Notes under the pieces: model-generated
The model's input: the letters and a program-made list of their open reading frames with translations, nothing else
Told to the model about the DNA's origin: nothing
Databases searched by the model: none
From: Leucoraja erinacea
Taxonomy: Eukaryota
DNA length: 64,000 nt
Reading direction: 5' to 3'
Assembly (NCBI RefSeq): GCF_028641065.1
Contig: NC_073407.1
Location: 7,192,001-7,256,000, forward strand
In this document: piece by piece, positions 24,168 to 36,896 of the stretch
Layout of the letters: each line of letters starts with the position of its first letter
Position numbering within the stretch: position 1 is the stretch's first letter
Made by a program: the position numbers and the translations under genes

Positions 24168-27100
24168 CTGGTAAAAATGAAATTGATATGTACTTGAATA
24201 ATTTGTCATTATTCTGAAGTTCCAATCCAATTATCTGAATTATTGTTGAGCAAGCTTTATATTATTATACAATTTACTGGGAAGTGTCAGAAATAATTGT
24301 GATGATTAAGGAGCCTTGCAAAAGGGAAAACACAGGCTTGTCTTTACACAAGACCAATGCCCACTCATTTAACTCCATATTTCTTTTAAATATACTTGGT
24401 AACCAAAAACAGGTTAACTGGAGCTGGAGTTAACTACTGCTAACTCCTGACCCCCAATGTACATTTGGTATAACTGATTCACCCAGCTAGTGAATAGTAC
24501 AGGGGTCAGGTCGAAAGGAGGGCTACTAAAAAAAAGTGTGCTAAAGAGCAGGAAAACAAAAACTAAACTAAGGGGTTCACTAGCAAAAGAAGTGCTCTCC
24601 TTTGAATTTTACTGAATAATGAAGCATGGTTCATTTTCTTAAAGTTATTGGGACTAGCTTCTTGGATTGATTTTCAAACTGATATGCCCATTGAGCGACT
24701 TGTGCTGAGGGTATTGTAAGGACTTACCGATATGATACTTGTACATGGTGTTCAGTGCTCCAGTAGCATCCAAACCACCAAAGATGAAAATATACTTTTC
24801 ATGGGAAACTGCAGAATGAGCTGCACGTCCATCTGGGATATCACCCTTCATGTTTATTTTTTCCCACATCATATTAACGGCAGCTGTTCATCACAAAAGA
24901 TGTTGTCAATGCATACTTCATAATGGCAATTTACTTTCATGTTTACCTAAGAGCAGAGTTCTACAATGCATGTTATTTTCCTTTATCATTTTTTTGTTGA
25001 ATTTAGTGTGCATAACAATGTCCACAAATGCAATCCACCATCAAATCTCTGCACAGAACTTACCTGTATCAATGGTATACATATCATTAAAAAAACGGTC
25101 TCCTGCTAGTCCTCCATGAATGAATAGCTTGCTACCAACAGCAACCATCACATGGCCGTGCCTTGGGGCTGGTGGTTTTCCTTCTGTTGATTTTTGGGAC
25201 CAGCGGAGTGTAGCTAAAAATATACAAGGGGCAAGGTAGATATATGTGCATTAGATATTAACTAACATGTTTATTTTTTAAACATAAACTGACCAAGTTA
25301 ATCACCTGATCTGAACCCAATTGATAATGCCTTTTATATGCTGAAGGGGACTAGCCCCCAAAACAAGCATAAGCTAAAGATGGCTACAATACGGTCCTGG
25401 CAAAGTATCACCAGAGAAGACACCCAGCAATTGGTGATGTCCATGAATCGCAGACTTCAAGCTGTCATTGCATGCAAAGGATATGGTCTCGGCTCAGTCC
25501 TTTTATGAGGAGCTTTACGATAACTTTATAAATGTTGTTTTCTATCATTAAGATTACTTGAGGGTCCCAACCCGAAACGCCACCAGTGTATTCCCACCAT
25601 AGAAACTACCTGACCCTCATGAGTTCATCCAGCACTGTTTTAATTAAAATCAAAAGTGTCAAATTTAAAGTATTTTAGAAAATCCAATATCAACAATTTT
25701 TGTTTTGGTTTTCACCTGCTCAAAATCTTTTACTTGAGGATGTTTAATTCTACCTTTATCAAATGCATGGAGTTGTGGATCTTGTACGGGCTCCGCTCCC
25801 TTGTCTCCTCCACCAAAAACATAGAGGCAATTTCCAACAGCTGCAGTAGAACCGTGACATGTTCGAGGTGAGGGTGGCGTCCCATTTGTGATTGGACTTC
25901 TCCATTCTCCAGTTTCTGGTTTAAAAAACGGAATAAAATAATATTATTTTTGACTAATAACCAACTGGTTTCCTTTTTGGAGAAGGAAGTAAATCAGTGA
26001 AGCTGGGGTACGATTCGGGTTGAGACCATTCTTCAGAGTATACCATCTTTGGTATCCTTTTCTAATAATTCTTTATTAAAGGCAGCAATAATAAATTTTG
26101 TTTCATTGACAGAAGTATTCAAAATTATAACGTTTGCACTATTTGTAGCTGACGAGTGGCAAGGGAATCAAAGTAGTAAAGTAAAGCAACTTTACCGAAG
26201 TTCAAAACTTGGATACAGTTTCTGTTGCCACATTCATCTGCTCCGCCAAAGAGCCATAGCCCAGTGGGTGTAGTGACTGGAACAAAGCTGGCGTGCTCAT
26301 AGCGAGGCAGTAATCCCTTCCACTTTGGCGCATCCCATTCATGTCTGTCTGTTTAATGGGGAACAAAATTAGCCACTGTACAATAATAGTCGCAATCTTG
26401 CAAAGAGAAATAATCTTAAAGTGAAATCTGATACAATGTTAATTATTATCTAACTAGATTTACAAACAAGGAACGGTTTGCTCGATGAGGTTTCTGGCAC
26501 ACACAGGATCTATGAGCATATGACATCAAATGCAGCTCTGAAAATATAATTAAAGGTGACTTACTGAGTTGGAATTGGAGCAGAAAATAAGAAAGGGTTA
26601 GAAACATTCCACATTACATAATTGGATGCGTATATTGCACAAGGACTCCAGAGCCCCATCATTACATCAACACCCTAATTGGATAATTTGAGAAACTCAC
26701 CCATTTAGACTAGTCTGTGTTCTTGTGAAATTTTCAATGATAAGCTCAATGGATATTGTATTATTTTAAATTATTTTAACATCACATATATTAACCATCA
26801 GTATAGTAGGCATACATTTTGTTTACAGATGTTACAACTTTAGCAACTAACGTCAATGTTAATTAACTACGTGATCCTCACCATTACATGCACATTTGAA
26901 ATCTATGATGTGACTCATTCACATGTGAGACTCACTTAAGGAAAGGCAAGACTGCATATGTCTTCAGGGTAATCCACTGTACATATATGCTAGAGGACCC
27001 TGAGCTCCGTTCAGTGTCTTTTCTGTTATGCTCAAGCTATTCTTCCCTAACTAATCAGCATCGGCGGTCACTCGAAACGAGTGACTGTCCTCTCCATAGG

Positions 27101-30100
27101 GTCGTCTACTGGTCTGCAGATGTCTGTAGAGGACGATCTGCGATCCACACACCTTAGTGCAACGTGGGCAGTGGAGACTGGCGGTGGATGGTAGTCGTCG
27201 CAGCTCCTTCCTGCACAGATTTCCTCCAGGAGTGCCTGTCCAGTGCAATGTGCTCCCAGTTGCTTGATGTGATGTGGAATTTCTTCAGACTGTTCTTGAT
27301 GTTGTCCTTGAAGCGTTTCTTTGGCTCACCAACCTTCCTTCAATTGAGAGTACAGGATTTGTTTAGGGAGACGTGTGTTGGACTTGCGGATGACATGGCC
27401 AGTCCATCGAAGTTGGTGCTGCATTATTGTGGTGGTTATGCTGGTCATGTTGGCTTCCTCCAAAATGCTGATGTTGATGCTTTTGTCCTCCCATCTGATC
27501 CTCAGAATCTTTTGTAAGGATCTTTGATGGTATTGTTCCAGGGCTCTCAGGTGCCTGCTGTAGGTGGTCCATGACAACAGCTCTGTAGACCAGCAGTTTT
27601 GTTAGAGCCTTTAGGTCTCGGTCTTCAAAGACTCTTTTCCTGAGTCTGATGTAGGCTCCGCTGCCACAACTCAGGCGATGGTTTACCTCAGAGTTGATGT
27701 CACCTTTTGAGGAAAGAATGCTGCCAAGGTAGGGGAAGTGGTCAACGTTTTCAAGAGTGGTATCGTCCACCTTTATGGTTGGCTGGGTAGATAGCTGGTT
27801 GGGTGGAGGTTGATGTAGGACCTCGATCTTCTTGATATTTAAGGCTAGGCCATTCAGGATGCCCTGGAGGTCTTCTGCAGAGTGTGCTGCAATTGCGCAG
27901 TCGTCTGCGTACTGAAGCTCTATGATGGTGGTGTTACTGACTTTGCTCTTGGCCGTAAACCTATTAAGGTTGAAGAGCCCACCGTCAGTTCTGTAGAGGA
28001 TTGCGATCCTCCGTGGCAGCTCTTCACCAATGAGGTGAAGTATGGCAGCAATGAAGACGACAAACAGGGTGGGTGAGTCGACAGTGAAGGGTTCGGACTC
28101 GGAGACGCAGTTGCTGAGCACTGTGACCGACATGCCATCATGCAGAAGCTGCAATATTCTGATGTACTTGTCGTGACACCCGTACTTTGATAGTATGCTC
28201 CAAAGAGCCTGGCAGTCTACCGAGTCAAAAGCTTTTGTCAGGTCTATGAAGGCCATGTACAAAGGTTACACAGCATTTTTCCTGGAGTTGGCAAGCTGTG
28301 AATATTATGTCTGCTGTACCTCTGGATGGGCGTACACGAGCTAGGAATTTGCCTGTTGTTGACAGGAGCGAGATGCCCTGTAGTTTCCACATTCAGCTTT
28401 GTCCTCCTTCTTGAAAATGGTCACTATTAAAGCATCCCTGAGTTCTGAGTGAAGTTCTTCTTTTTCCCCAGACCTTGAGGAGTAGGGCGTGGATGTGGTA
28501 CAGGAGCTCCGGTCCACCTTCCTTTAAGATCTCAGCTCGGATTCCATCTGGACCGGTGGGCTTGTTGTTCTTAAGGCTCTTGATGGCATCTTGAACCTCT
28601 GTCATAGTGGGAGGTTCTTCCATGTCTTCTCTGATGGGACTCTGGGGCATGAGGTGGGTAATGTCTGGTTCAGTTGTGCTGTCACGGTTGAGGAGTTCCT
28701 GGAAGTGCCCATTCCATCGGGCGTTAATGGACTCATTGTCCTTCAGCAGTTCTTGTCCTTCTTTTGAGCGCAGGGGGGTTAAGCTGTGGTAGCTTGGACC
28801 ATGGATGGCCTTAGTAGCACTGAAGAAGCCTCTGGTGTCACCCGAGAGCACTTTCCTTTGATTGGAGATGAGCTGTTCTATCTCAGTGTCGTTCTCGTCA
28901 AACCAGTCATGGTGTTTTCTGGACTTGCACCCAAGGATGTTTTTACAGGTATCAAGGATGGTGGATTGAGCCAGCTCCAGTGCCCTTCAATATCATCAGG
29001 ATATTCCTGTTGGAGGCTTTCCCCAAGAGAAGCCTTAAGTTGCGGCTGGATGACAGTTTCCTCCAGGCTTTCGAGCCAGATCTGCTTTGTTTGAATCCTC
29101 CTCTTCCTCTTGAGTTTGATGGGCATCATGGAGCGGATGAGGAGATGATCTGTCCAGCAGTCATCTGCATCGATCATGGCCCTTGTGATGTTCACGTCCT
29201 GGCTCGTACAATGACACAGTCAATAATATGCCACCGACCTGGGGCTCCAGTCGCGGAGCCTGCGGACCTACTACCATCGCGGTGCTGGCCGAGTTCGGAG
29301 CAGGAGGAGCTGTGGTGACGCGCTGTTGCGGCCCGACCCCGGAGATTCGGATGCTCCAGCCGCAGGTCTGGTGGACGGTGACACCGGGAGCCCGCGGGTC
29401 CCTGGTGGGAGACCGCTTTTCGGGGCTTCCGCAACGGCGACTTCTCCCGCCCGAGTTGCGGGGATAAGGATGTCCTGGAGCAGGGTCTTACATCGCCTGC
29501 CGCGGCTTTAATGGCCGCGGGACTTACTTACCAACGCCCGCCGGGGGCTTTGACTGACATCGGGAGGAGAATGGGGAGTGCAGGGGAGAGATAAGACTTT
29601 GCTTTCCATCACAGTGAGGAGATTCGCTTTGATGGATGTTTGTGTAAATTGTGTTGTGTCTTGGTTCTTCTACTTGTTTGTATGACTGCAGAAACCAAAT
29701 TTTGTTTGAACCTCTGTTCTTTCCTACGGTACCCTTCCAGTGGTGTTGGTCCCGGCCGACCCTGGAGTTGAAGTCTTCTAGGAGAATAATCTGGGGATTT
29801 TAGACAGTGTCTCATCCAAGCAAGTGTCAAAAGGTCTCTTTTACTTCCTCTTCAGAAGCTAAAGTAGGGTCATAGGCACTCACAACTGTTGCCATCTTGT
29901 TGTTGGCAAGCACCAGACGGATGGTCATGCGACGCTCACTGATTTCCACAGGAAGTTCAGAGAGGTGGCTGATGAGCTGGTTCCTGATGGCAATAACACA
30001 TTGTGAATTCACAATGTATCACCATTTAGCCTTAACAAAACCATATCAGCAATTTATCTTAATGTTTTTACTTAATACTTTTTGTTATATTTTGTTCAAA

Positions 30101-33100
30101 CAACTTCACAGACAATTATGTTTGTATAGCAAAAATCTAGAAAAAGTGGAAAAAGAGAAACAGATAGTTTTGAAAAATATTGGAATTTAATAAAAAACAG
30201 AAATGTTGAATTCAGTCTGAAGAACGGTGCCATCGCAAAATGTCACATATCCATGTTCTCCGGGCATGCTGCCTGACCTGCTGAGTTACTCCAGAACTTT
30301 GTGTCTTCTGGTGAACATTTCTATTTGACATGAACTATTAAAAAATGTGTTGTTACCCAGTTCTAAGACGTAGGCATCAGAGTAGCTTCCGTTAGGATTT
30401 GCTCCTCCAACTATAATGACCTTCCCTTTTCCCGATTTATCTGGAATATATGTGAGAGTGTGGCCAACACGAACATCTGGACTCTCTCCACTGGGCACAA
30501 AAGCGTACCTGTGTACACAAGGATGGGAAACAATTCAAACAATATTGGACACTGATCCAAGAAATTCAATTCATTTTCTGCAAATCAAAAGTAAATACTG
30601 ATGTTTTAGATCATTTGAGTAATTCTTTAAATTATACTAAAGACTCACTGACAAAATTCAATTTCTCATTATCTGCATTCTGTAAAGATCATTGAATGTA
30701 TAATAGTGCACCAAATATTTTCTCCACCAGACTTTATCTTCTGCCCTCTTTAGGTCACTTTACAAAAGCATCTGACTGCAGTGAAATACACTGATAGCAT
30801 GACATTTGCCAATACCACCAAAATGTAAATCTGATCCATTCAACAGTGATCAGCAAATTTGTCAATAGAGTAACATAGAAACATAGAAAAAATAGGTGCA
30901 GGAGTAGGCCATTCGGCCCTTCGAGCTAACACTACTATTCAATATGATCATCCAAAATAAGTACAGGTGCACAACCTTTTATCCGCAGATCCAGATAACG
31001 AAAACCTCCGAATAGCGGACATTTTTTCGGTCCTTGAAGAAAGGTCCTTGAAAACGTTCACTGAGGGCGGCCCGCAGAGGTGACAGCGGAACCTCCGGTC
31101 GGTCCTTGAAGAAAGGGGAACTAAATCCCCATTCATAAAAGAGAAGGTGAGGGTATATTGCGCGGGAGGGTTAATAATTGACAACCTGCTGCTCCCTGCC
31201 CGCTGAGTTAAAAAGTTCCCACGGTAGACTCACGATACACAGTGTATCGTGAGTCTTGCGTGGGAACTTTTTAACTCAGTGGGCATGGAGCAGCAGATTG
31301 TCGCTCCCTTCAGTTTCACCCCACCTACACCCCTCTGCTTCCCGGCCATGTGTGTGACCCCTTCCCTCCCCTCTCCAGCTCCCCGCCCATTGCACCGGCG
31401 CGGGAGCTTTGCACAGTCTTCACGTCGGCGATGCCAGCATACAATGCCAGTCACCAGAGACGTCAGGACCAACGGGACACCGACCCCCCAGGCCCACTGC
31501 AAGCACGGAGATCCCAGAGACCCACAGCCAGCAGCAACCCAGCCCTGTTCCAACTCCAGAGGAAAACTGCAAACTGGCCGGAGACGTCAGGACCACCAGA
31601 AACCGCTCCCCGATGGGCCGCTACGGCGACAAGTGGCAGTTCGCCCACAGCCCGAGCTGTTCCCCCTCATCGGGACACCGACCCCAGGCCCACTGCAAGC
31701 ACGGAGATCCCAGATCAGCAACTCCAGCCCAGCCCCGCTCCAACTCCAGAGGAACACGCTCCCCGTATGGGCAGAAGCTGATCGGTACGTCTTGCAAGGT
31801 ACGTCTTGTTCTTGGGGTCGCGCAGCTCGGGCTGTGGGCGAACTGCCACTTGTCGCCGTAGCGGCCCATCGGGGAGCGGATTCCTCTGGAGTTGGAGGGG
31901 GAGGGGGGTATTGTGCTGTTTGATCGCCCCCTGCTATCCCAGGGACAGGGAGACAGGACGTTCACCGAGGGCGGCCCGCAGAGGTGACAGCGGAACCTCC
32001 GGTCGGTCCTGGAAGAAAGGGGAACTAAATCCCCTTCATAAAAGAGAAGTGGAGGGTATATTGCCCGGGAGGGTATATCGCCTACCTGGAAGAAACCGGA
32101 CATTTTTTCCAGGATGTCGTCTGCACACCAAAGCTCACCAAAGCTCACGTTTGGCGCCAAACGCACGTCGCCTCTGCTGCACACGGATATAAGAGTGTGA
32201 AAATGTCGCCTTAGGCCGCCTAAGGGCATGTAGCCCCGCTAGGGTGACATGAGTGCGAGAGGTGATTCAATGCTGCGGTCACATTTACAAATTCAGGAAT
32301 TCATTCAACACACTGCATTTCATACAGACATTTATTCTGCAAGAAAAAACTACATTGAAGACTCAAACTCGCGACCGAGGAACTGCCGGGATCAAGGCGC
32401 AAACTCGCGACCTTGCGGATATGAGCCGAGCACTCTACCACTGAGCCAGCCATTAAAATCTACCCTAAAAAATTTCCATTCCGAAGGCCGACAAATTCCG
32501 AATTACGAAAAGTGTCTGGTCCCAAGGCTTTCGGATAAAAGGTTGTGCACCTGTATCCCGTTTCTGCTTTCTCCCCATATCCCTCAATTCCGTTAGCCCT
32601 AAGAGCTATGTCTACAGTAACTCTCTTGAACACATCCAGTGAATTGGCCTCCTGTGGCAGAGAATTCCTCAGATTCACAACTCTTGTTCTTTATATATTC
32701 TTTATAATAATGGTCAAACTTTTTCCATTCTCATCAGAAAGCTTTAAAATGTTACAAGGAAGCTTAAATGACCATATCATTCCCAGTAATTCATAGAATT
32801 TGTGGAATAATGTGTGGATGGATTCCAAGTGAGAACTGAATTATTCTTGGTTCTGGCAGCCTTTATGGTGGAACCATTTGTTGCCATGCTTTTTCTTGAA
32901 AAGAGGCTGAGAGATCATCTTGGAGAAGTAGTAGAGGGTGCTTCCCACTATTTAGGATAAAGCATTTACAGCAGAAACTGGTGAGATATTATAAGGCAAT
33001 TGATATTTATGGAAAAATGTACTGGTGTAATATTTCCAAAGAAGAAGAGAAAAAAAGTACTACAAATTACAAGAGGGATGGGTCAAATGGAATCTATCTA

Positions 33101-34094
33101 TGCAGAACTTAGCCTATCAGATTAAATTCTGCACAGTTTATCCGTTTCAAAACTGCTTCTTTCCTCTGTAGTGGTCATTTGGCTTATTTTGTGTGTCATA
33201 ATTATGGCATTAATCCATTTGACCCATTCCTCTTGTAATTTGTAGTACTTTTTATATTTTAAATTGCCCATAATTATGTGGGTGGGATTTATTACGTACT
33301 CAAGGGCGTGTTTGGTGTTGGGTTTCTTGCGCTGAAGTTTAGTTTTAGTTCAGCTCGGAGTTACATGGGGAAGGTATACCCTTCAACCGTGTGAAGTTTA
33401 ACCGAGACACATGGAGTTTGCTAACGGTTAAAGCGATATGCTGGAGTTTGAACAAGATTAAAGTGTACCAGTCGGAGAAGAAGGTCGGATGTATATCTTA
33501 TTGTTTTTCTTCAACAATAAAGAAACTATTAATCAAAAGACGGTGGTGTTATGAAGATTTATTTGTGAAGAAGCTCTGAAGGTCTCACGGAGAGTTCACA
33601 TGCGTATTACGACATTCTCCTTAAACCATGTAGTCTCTTTAGTGGCTAGAGGGAGTAATCTATTGAATGATATAAAAATCTGCTGCTACATCCTCTTCCA
33701 TCCAAGTGGAAAAACCCTCTCAATCTAGCCCATCAAAACCTCTCTTTATCTCTCCTACTTCTCAGAGATAATATCTCAGCTTCTTTTCAAGAGAAAACAT
33801 GGCAACAATGGTTCATTCTTTTCATTTGTATAACCCTACAACTGCAGCATGCATGGCAATTTTCCCACTGTCTCCATTTCCTCAGCGTTCTTTCATTACA
33901 GAGATGTTAATTGTACATATTATTCAAAAACTTGTTTTGAATTAGTTGTAACCATTTAAGAAGAAATTACATCGCATAGAATCACTTGATAATAATGTTA
34001 CCCGTTGATAGTCAAACTTTACATATGCATTGAGATCCCACCATGTTGCTGTATGGGGACTTTCCTCTGGCTCCAACACACACAGCAGTTCCAT
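23857..34094 (-). CDS. RABEPK: Rab9 effector protein with kelch motifs (p40); 7 coding exons, 378 aa
   Basis: Minus-strand coding exons 34094-34042, 30508-30357, 26348-26196, 25915-25754, 25213-25064, 24883-24728, 24167-23857. All introns are GT-AG and the exons sum to 1137 nt. Peptides MELLCVLEPEESPHTATWY, RVGH...IVGGANPN, GLLPRYEHASF, PPSPRTCH, PRHGHVMVA, LDHAMCIIPW and CLVFGGMDTQGEIF match RABEPK kelch repeats. The gene is syntenic with HSPA5 and PPP6C. Confidence 0.95.
24728..24883 (-). CDS. RABEPK: RABEPK coding exon 6
   Basis: AVNMMWEKINMKGDIPDGRAAHSAV...IFGGLDATGALNTMYKYHI; acceptor placed at gaacag (24885-24884). Confidence 0.85.
25064..25213 (-). CDS. RABEPK: RABEPK coding exon 5
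   Basis: TLRWSQ...PAPRHGHVMVAVGSKLFIHGGLAGDRFFNDIYTIDT. Confidence 0.93.
25290..25485 (+). mobile_element. Tc1 transposase fragment
   Basis: SPDLNPI remnant; homologous to about 62720-62920. Confidence 0.8.
25754..25915 (-). CDS. RABEPK: RABEPK coding exon 4
   Basis: TGEWRSP...PPSPRTCH...LYVFGGGDKGAEPVQDPQLHAFDK. Confidence 0.93.
26196..26348 (-). CDS. RABEPK: RABEPK coding exon 3
   Basis: RHEWDAPKWKGLLPRYEHASF...LFGGADECGNRNCIQVLNF. Confidence 0.93.
27050..30005 (-). mobile_element. RTE-clade LINE (endonuclease + RT, frameshifted), interrupted at about 29195-29715
   Basis: FIDLTKAFDSV, LQYADD, FPYLGS, QLRWTGHV, CWTDH, TGPDGI and VSAYxPTL motifs on the minus strand. Confidence 0.9.
30357..30508 (-). 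CDS. RABEPK: RABEPK coding exon 2
   Basis: YAFVPSGESPDVRVGHTLTY...IVGGANPNGSYSDAYVLEL. Confidence 0.93.
30873..32690 (-). mobile_element. CR1 3' end fragment split by a TIR element
   Basis: aacatagaaacatag tail at 30872-30890; the CR1 3' UTR resumes at 32554. Confidence 0.8.
30964..32553. mobile_element. Non-autonomous Tc1/mariner-superfamily (Tigger/pogo-like) element
   Basis: Perfect 22-bp TIR caggtgcacaaccttttatccg at 30964-30985 and 32532-32553; TA TSD; no transposase ORF; internal direct and inverted repeats. Confidence 0.88.
34042..34094 (-). CDS. RABEPK: RABEPK first coding exon (exon begins at 34109)
   Basis: ATG at 34094, MELLCVLEPEESPHTATW; acceptor ttttattccag and donor tg|gtggg on the minus strand. 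Confidence 0.88.
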
Positions 34095-34227
34095 AATCAC
34101 TTGATAAAGCTGGAATAAAAGAGACAGATTTAGCAATTACTCCTTCATGTTATGTATATATAACTGCTTCATAATTTCTAAAGGTTGTATTAATATATGA
34201 AACTGAAGAAAGTGTAACTTAGAGACC

Positions 34228-36178
34228 TATGGCTGCTGAAGGTACTGGCTCATTTATCTTCTTTGATGATACAACTGCTGATGGTAGTAGCATAATGAAT
34301 TCGAAGTGTATAGACACATCCTATCTGCTCAAGTTCAAACAAATGCCTCAAAACGCATTAGCCGGCAGTTTATTCTACAGCAAGGTAATGATCCCAAACA
34401 TACTGCTAAAGCAACAAAGGAGTTTTTCAAAGCTGAAAAATGGCCAAATGGCCAAGTCTATCACCCGATCTGAACCCAATTGAGCATGCCTTTTATATGC
34501 TGAAGAGAAAACTGAAGGGGACTAACCCCCAAAACAAGCATAAGCTAAAGATTGCTGTAATACAGGCCTGGCATAGCATCACCAGAGAAGACACCCAGCA
34601 AATGGTGATGTCCATGAATCTCAGACTTCAAGCAGTCATTGCATGCAAATGTCATGAAATAAAATAATAAACATGATTACTTTCATTTTTACATGACATT
34701 GCTGTGTCGTAAACAATATGGTGCCCTGAAATGAGGGGACTATGTATAAACATATAAACATAGAAAATAGGTGCAGGAGTAGGCCATTCGGCCCTTGGAG
34801 TCTGCACCGCCATTCAATATGATCATGGGTGATCATCCAACTCAGTATCCTGTACCTGCCTTCTCTCCATACCCCCTGATCCCTTTAGCCACAAAGGCCA
34901 CATCTAACTCCCTAATATAGCCAATGAACTGGCCTCAACTACCTTCTGTGGCAGAGAATTCCAGAGATTCACCACTCTCTGTGTGAAAAATGTTTTCCTC
35001 ATCTTGGTCCTAAACGATTTCCCCCTTATCCTTAAACTGTGACCCCTTGTCCTGGACTTCCCCAACATCGGGAACAATCTTCCTGCATCTAGCCTGTCCA
35101 ACCCCTTAAGAATTTTGTAAGTTTCTATAAGATCCCCCCTCAATCTTCTAAATTCTAGCGAATACGAACCGAGTCTGTCCAGTCTGTCTTCATATGAAAG
35201 TCCTGACATCCCAGGAATCAGTCTGGTGAACCTTCTCTGTACTTCCTCTATGGCAAGAATGTCTTTCCTCAGATTAGGAGACCAAAACTGTACGCAATAC
35301 TCCAGGTGTGGTCTCACCAAGACCCTGTACAACTGCAGTAGAACCTCCCTGCTCCTATACTCAAATCCTTTTGCTATGAATGCTAACATACCATTCGCCT
35401 TCTTCACTGCCTGCTGCACCTGCATGCCTACTTTTAATGACTGGTGTACCATGACACCCAGGTCTCATTGCATCTCCCCCTTTCCTAATCGGCCATCATT
35501 CAGATAATAGTCTACTTTCCTGTTTTTGCCACCAAAGTGGATAACCTCACATTTATCCACATTATACTGCATCTGCCATGCATTTGCCCACTCACCCAGC
35601 ATATCCAAGTCACCTTGCAGCCTCCTAGCATCCACCACACAGCTAACATTGCCCCCCAGCTTCGTGTCATCCGCAAACTTGGAGATGTTGCATTCAATTC
35701 CCTCGTCCAAATCATTAATATATATCGTAAATAGCTGGGGTCCCAGAACTGAGCCTTGCAGTCACTGCCTGCCATTGTGAAAAGGACCCGTTTACTCCTA
35801 CTCTTTACTTCCTGTCTGCCAGCCAGTTCTCTACCCACATCAATACTGAACCCCCAATACCGTGTGCTTTAAGTTTGTATACTAATTTCTTATGTGGGAC
35901 CTTGTCGAAAGCCTTCTGAAAGTCCAGATATAACATATCCACTGGTTCTCCCTTATCCACTCTACTAGTTACATCCTCGAAAAATTCTATAAGATTCGTC
36001 AGACATGATTTACACTGCTGTAATTTCTACATGGTGAAATCAAATGTATAAAATGTCCTTTATTAAAATCTGACAATGTGCATTTAACCATATGTGAATT
36101 TTTCTATTACAAATCTCAAATTGTGGAGTACAGAGGCAAATAAATAAATGATGGGTCTTAGTCCCAAACATTATGGAG
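34228..36178 (+). mobile_element. Tc1 3' half (transposase end + right TIR) split by a CR1 insertion
   Basis: WPSLSPDLNPIEH motif; 34228-34752 and 36014-36178 are contiguous in the copy at 62500-63188. Confidence 0.88.
34753..36013 (-). mobile_element. Young 5'-truncated CR1 LINE
   Basis: [22 protein letters not shown] and [14 protein letters not shown] ORFs; near-identical to 6636-7423 and 52311-53800. Confidence 0.93.
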
Positions 36179-36689
36179 ACAAATGTTTCTCCTGTCCCCT
36201 ATTTGCCCTTCATATTTCCTTTTTTACTTTGATCCTTATTTCCCGAAACTCATCCAGTGATACAGTTGATCCCAGCTGTCTATACCTGTCCCATCGCTTG
36301 TGTTTTGCACATAATCTTTTACTTTTCATTATCGTTGTGCAGAACTTTTGATTGATGTATAATTGAGGTTACATTAATGTTGTCTGAGTCTATACGCCTG
36401 TGTGACGCTGCTGCAAGAAAGATTTTCATGGTACCTGTACCTCGGCGTGCCAGTGCAGATGACAAGAAGCTGGCCTCGGGCAGCTGGAGGCACCAGGGCC
36501 GTCCCACACGCTGCTCTCACACGGTGCCGGTGTCGACGCCGCCGCCCGCTCGCTCGCCCGGCGTTGCTGAGGGAACCCGCTACCCCTGACCTCTCACTCG
36601 GGAGGCGCTCAGCGCGGAGCCAATGAGAGCTCAGTGTGAGGCGGAGACGCTGAAAAGGGGAAGGCGGCCATCGCTGTGGTGATCGGCGG

Positions 36690-36812
36690 ACGGGAGGGAG
36701 AGAGGGGAAGGAATAGAGAGAGAGAGAGAGAGAGACGGAGAGGGAGGGGAGGGGAGAGGAGAGGGAGGGAGGGAGGGGGAGGGGAGAGAGAGAGGAGCGG
36801 GGACGAGAAAGG
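36690..36812 (+). repeat. GA-rich polypurine tract upstream of the PPP6C ATG
   Basis: (GA)n and GGAG/GGGA runs. Confidence 0.85.
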
Positions 36813-36896
36813 GGACAACCGAGCGGAGAACGGCGGGCTTGTCAGGCACCGGAAACGCGTCACTGGCCCGGGGCCGCGTCCAGTCAGTGTCCCAAA

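Noticed and set aside
31230-32229. Overlapping 140-224 aa ORFs within the TIR element
   Set aside because: No transposase (DDE/HTH) motifs; GC-rich internal repeats explain the open frames.
32381-32452. Functional tRNA-Met gene
   Set aside because: The T-loop/B box is degenerate (GTTTGCG) and the acceptor stem does not pair; kept only as a tRNA-like relic.
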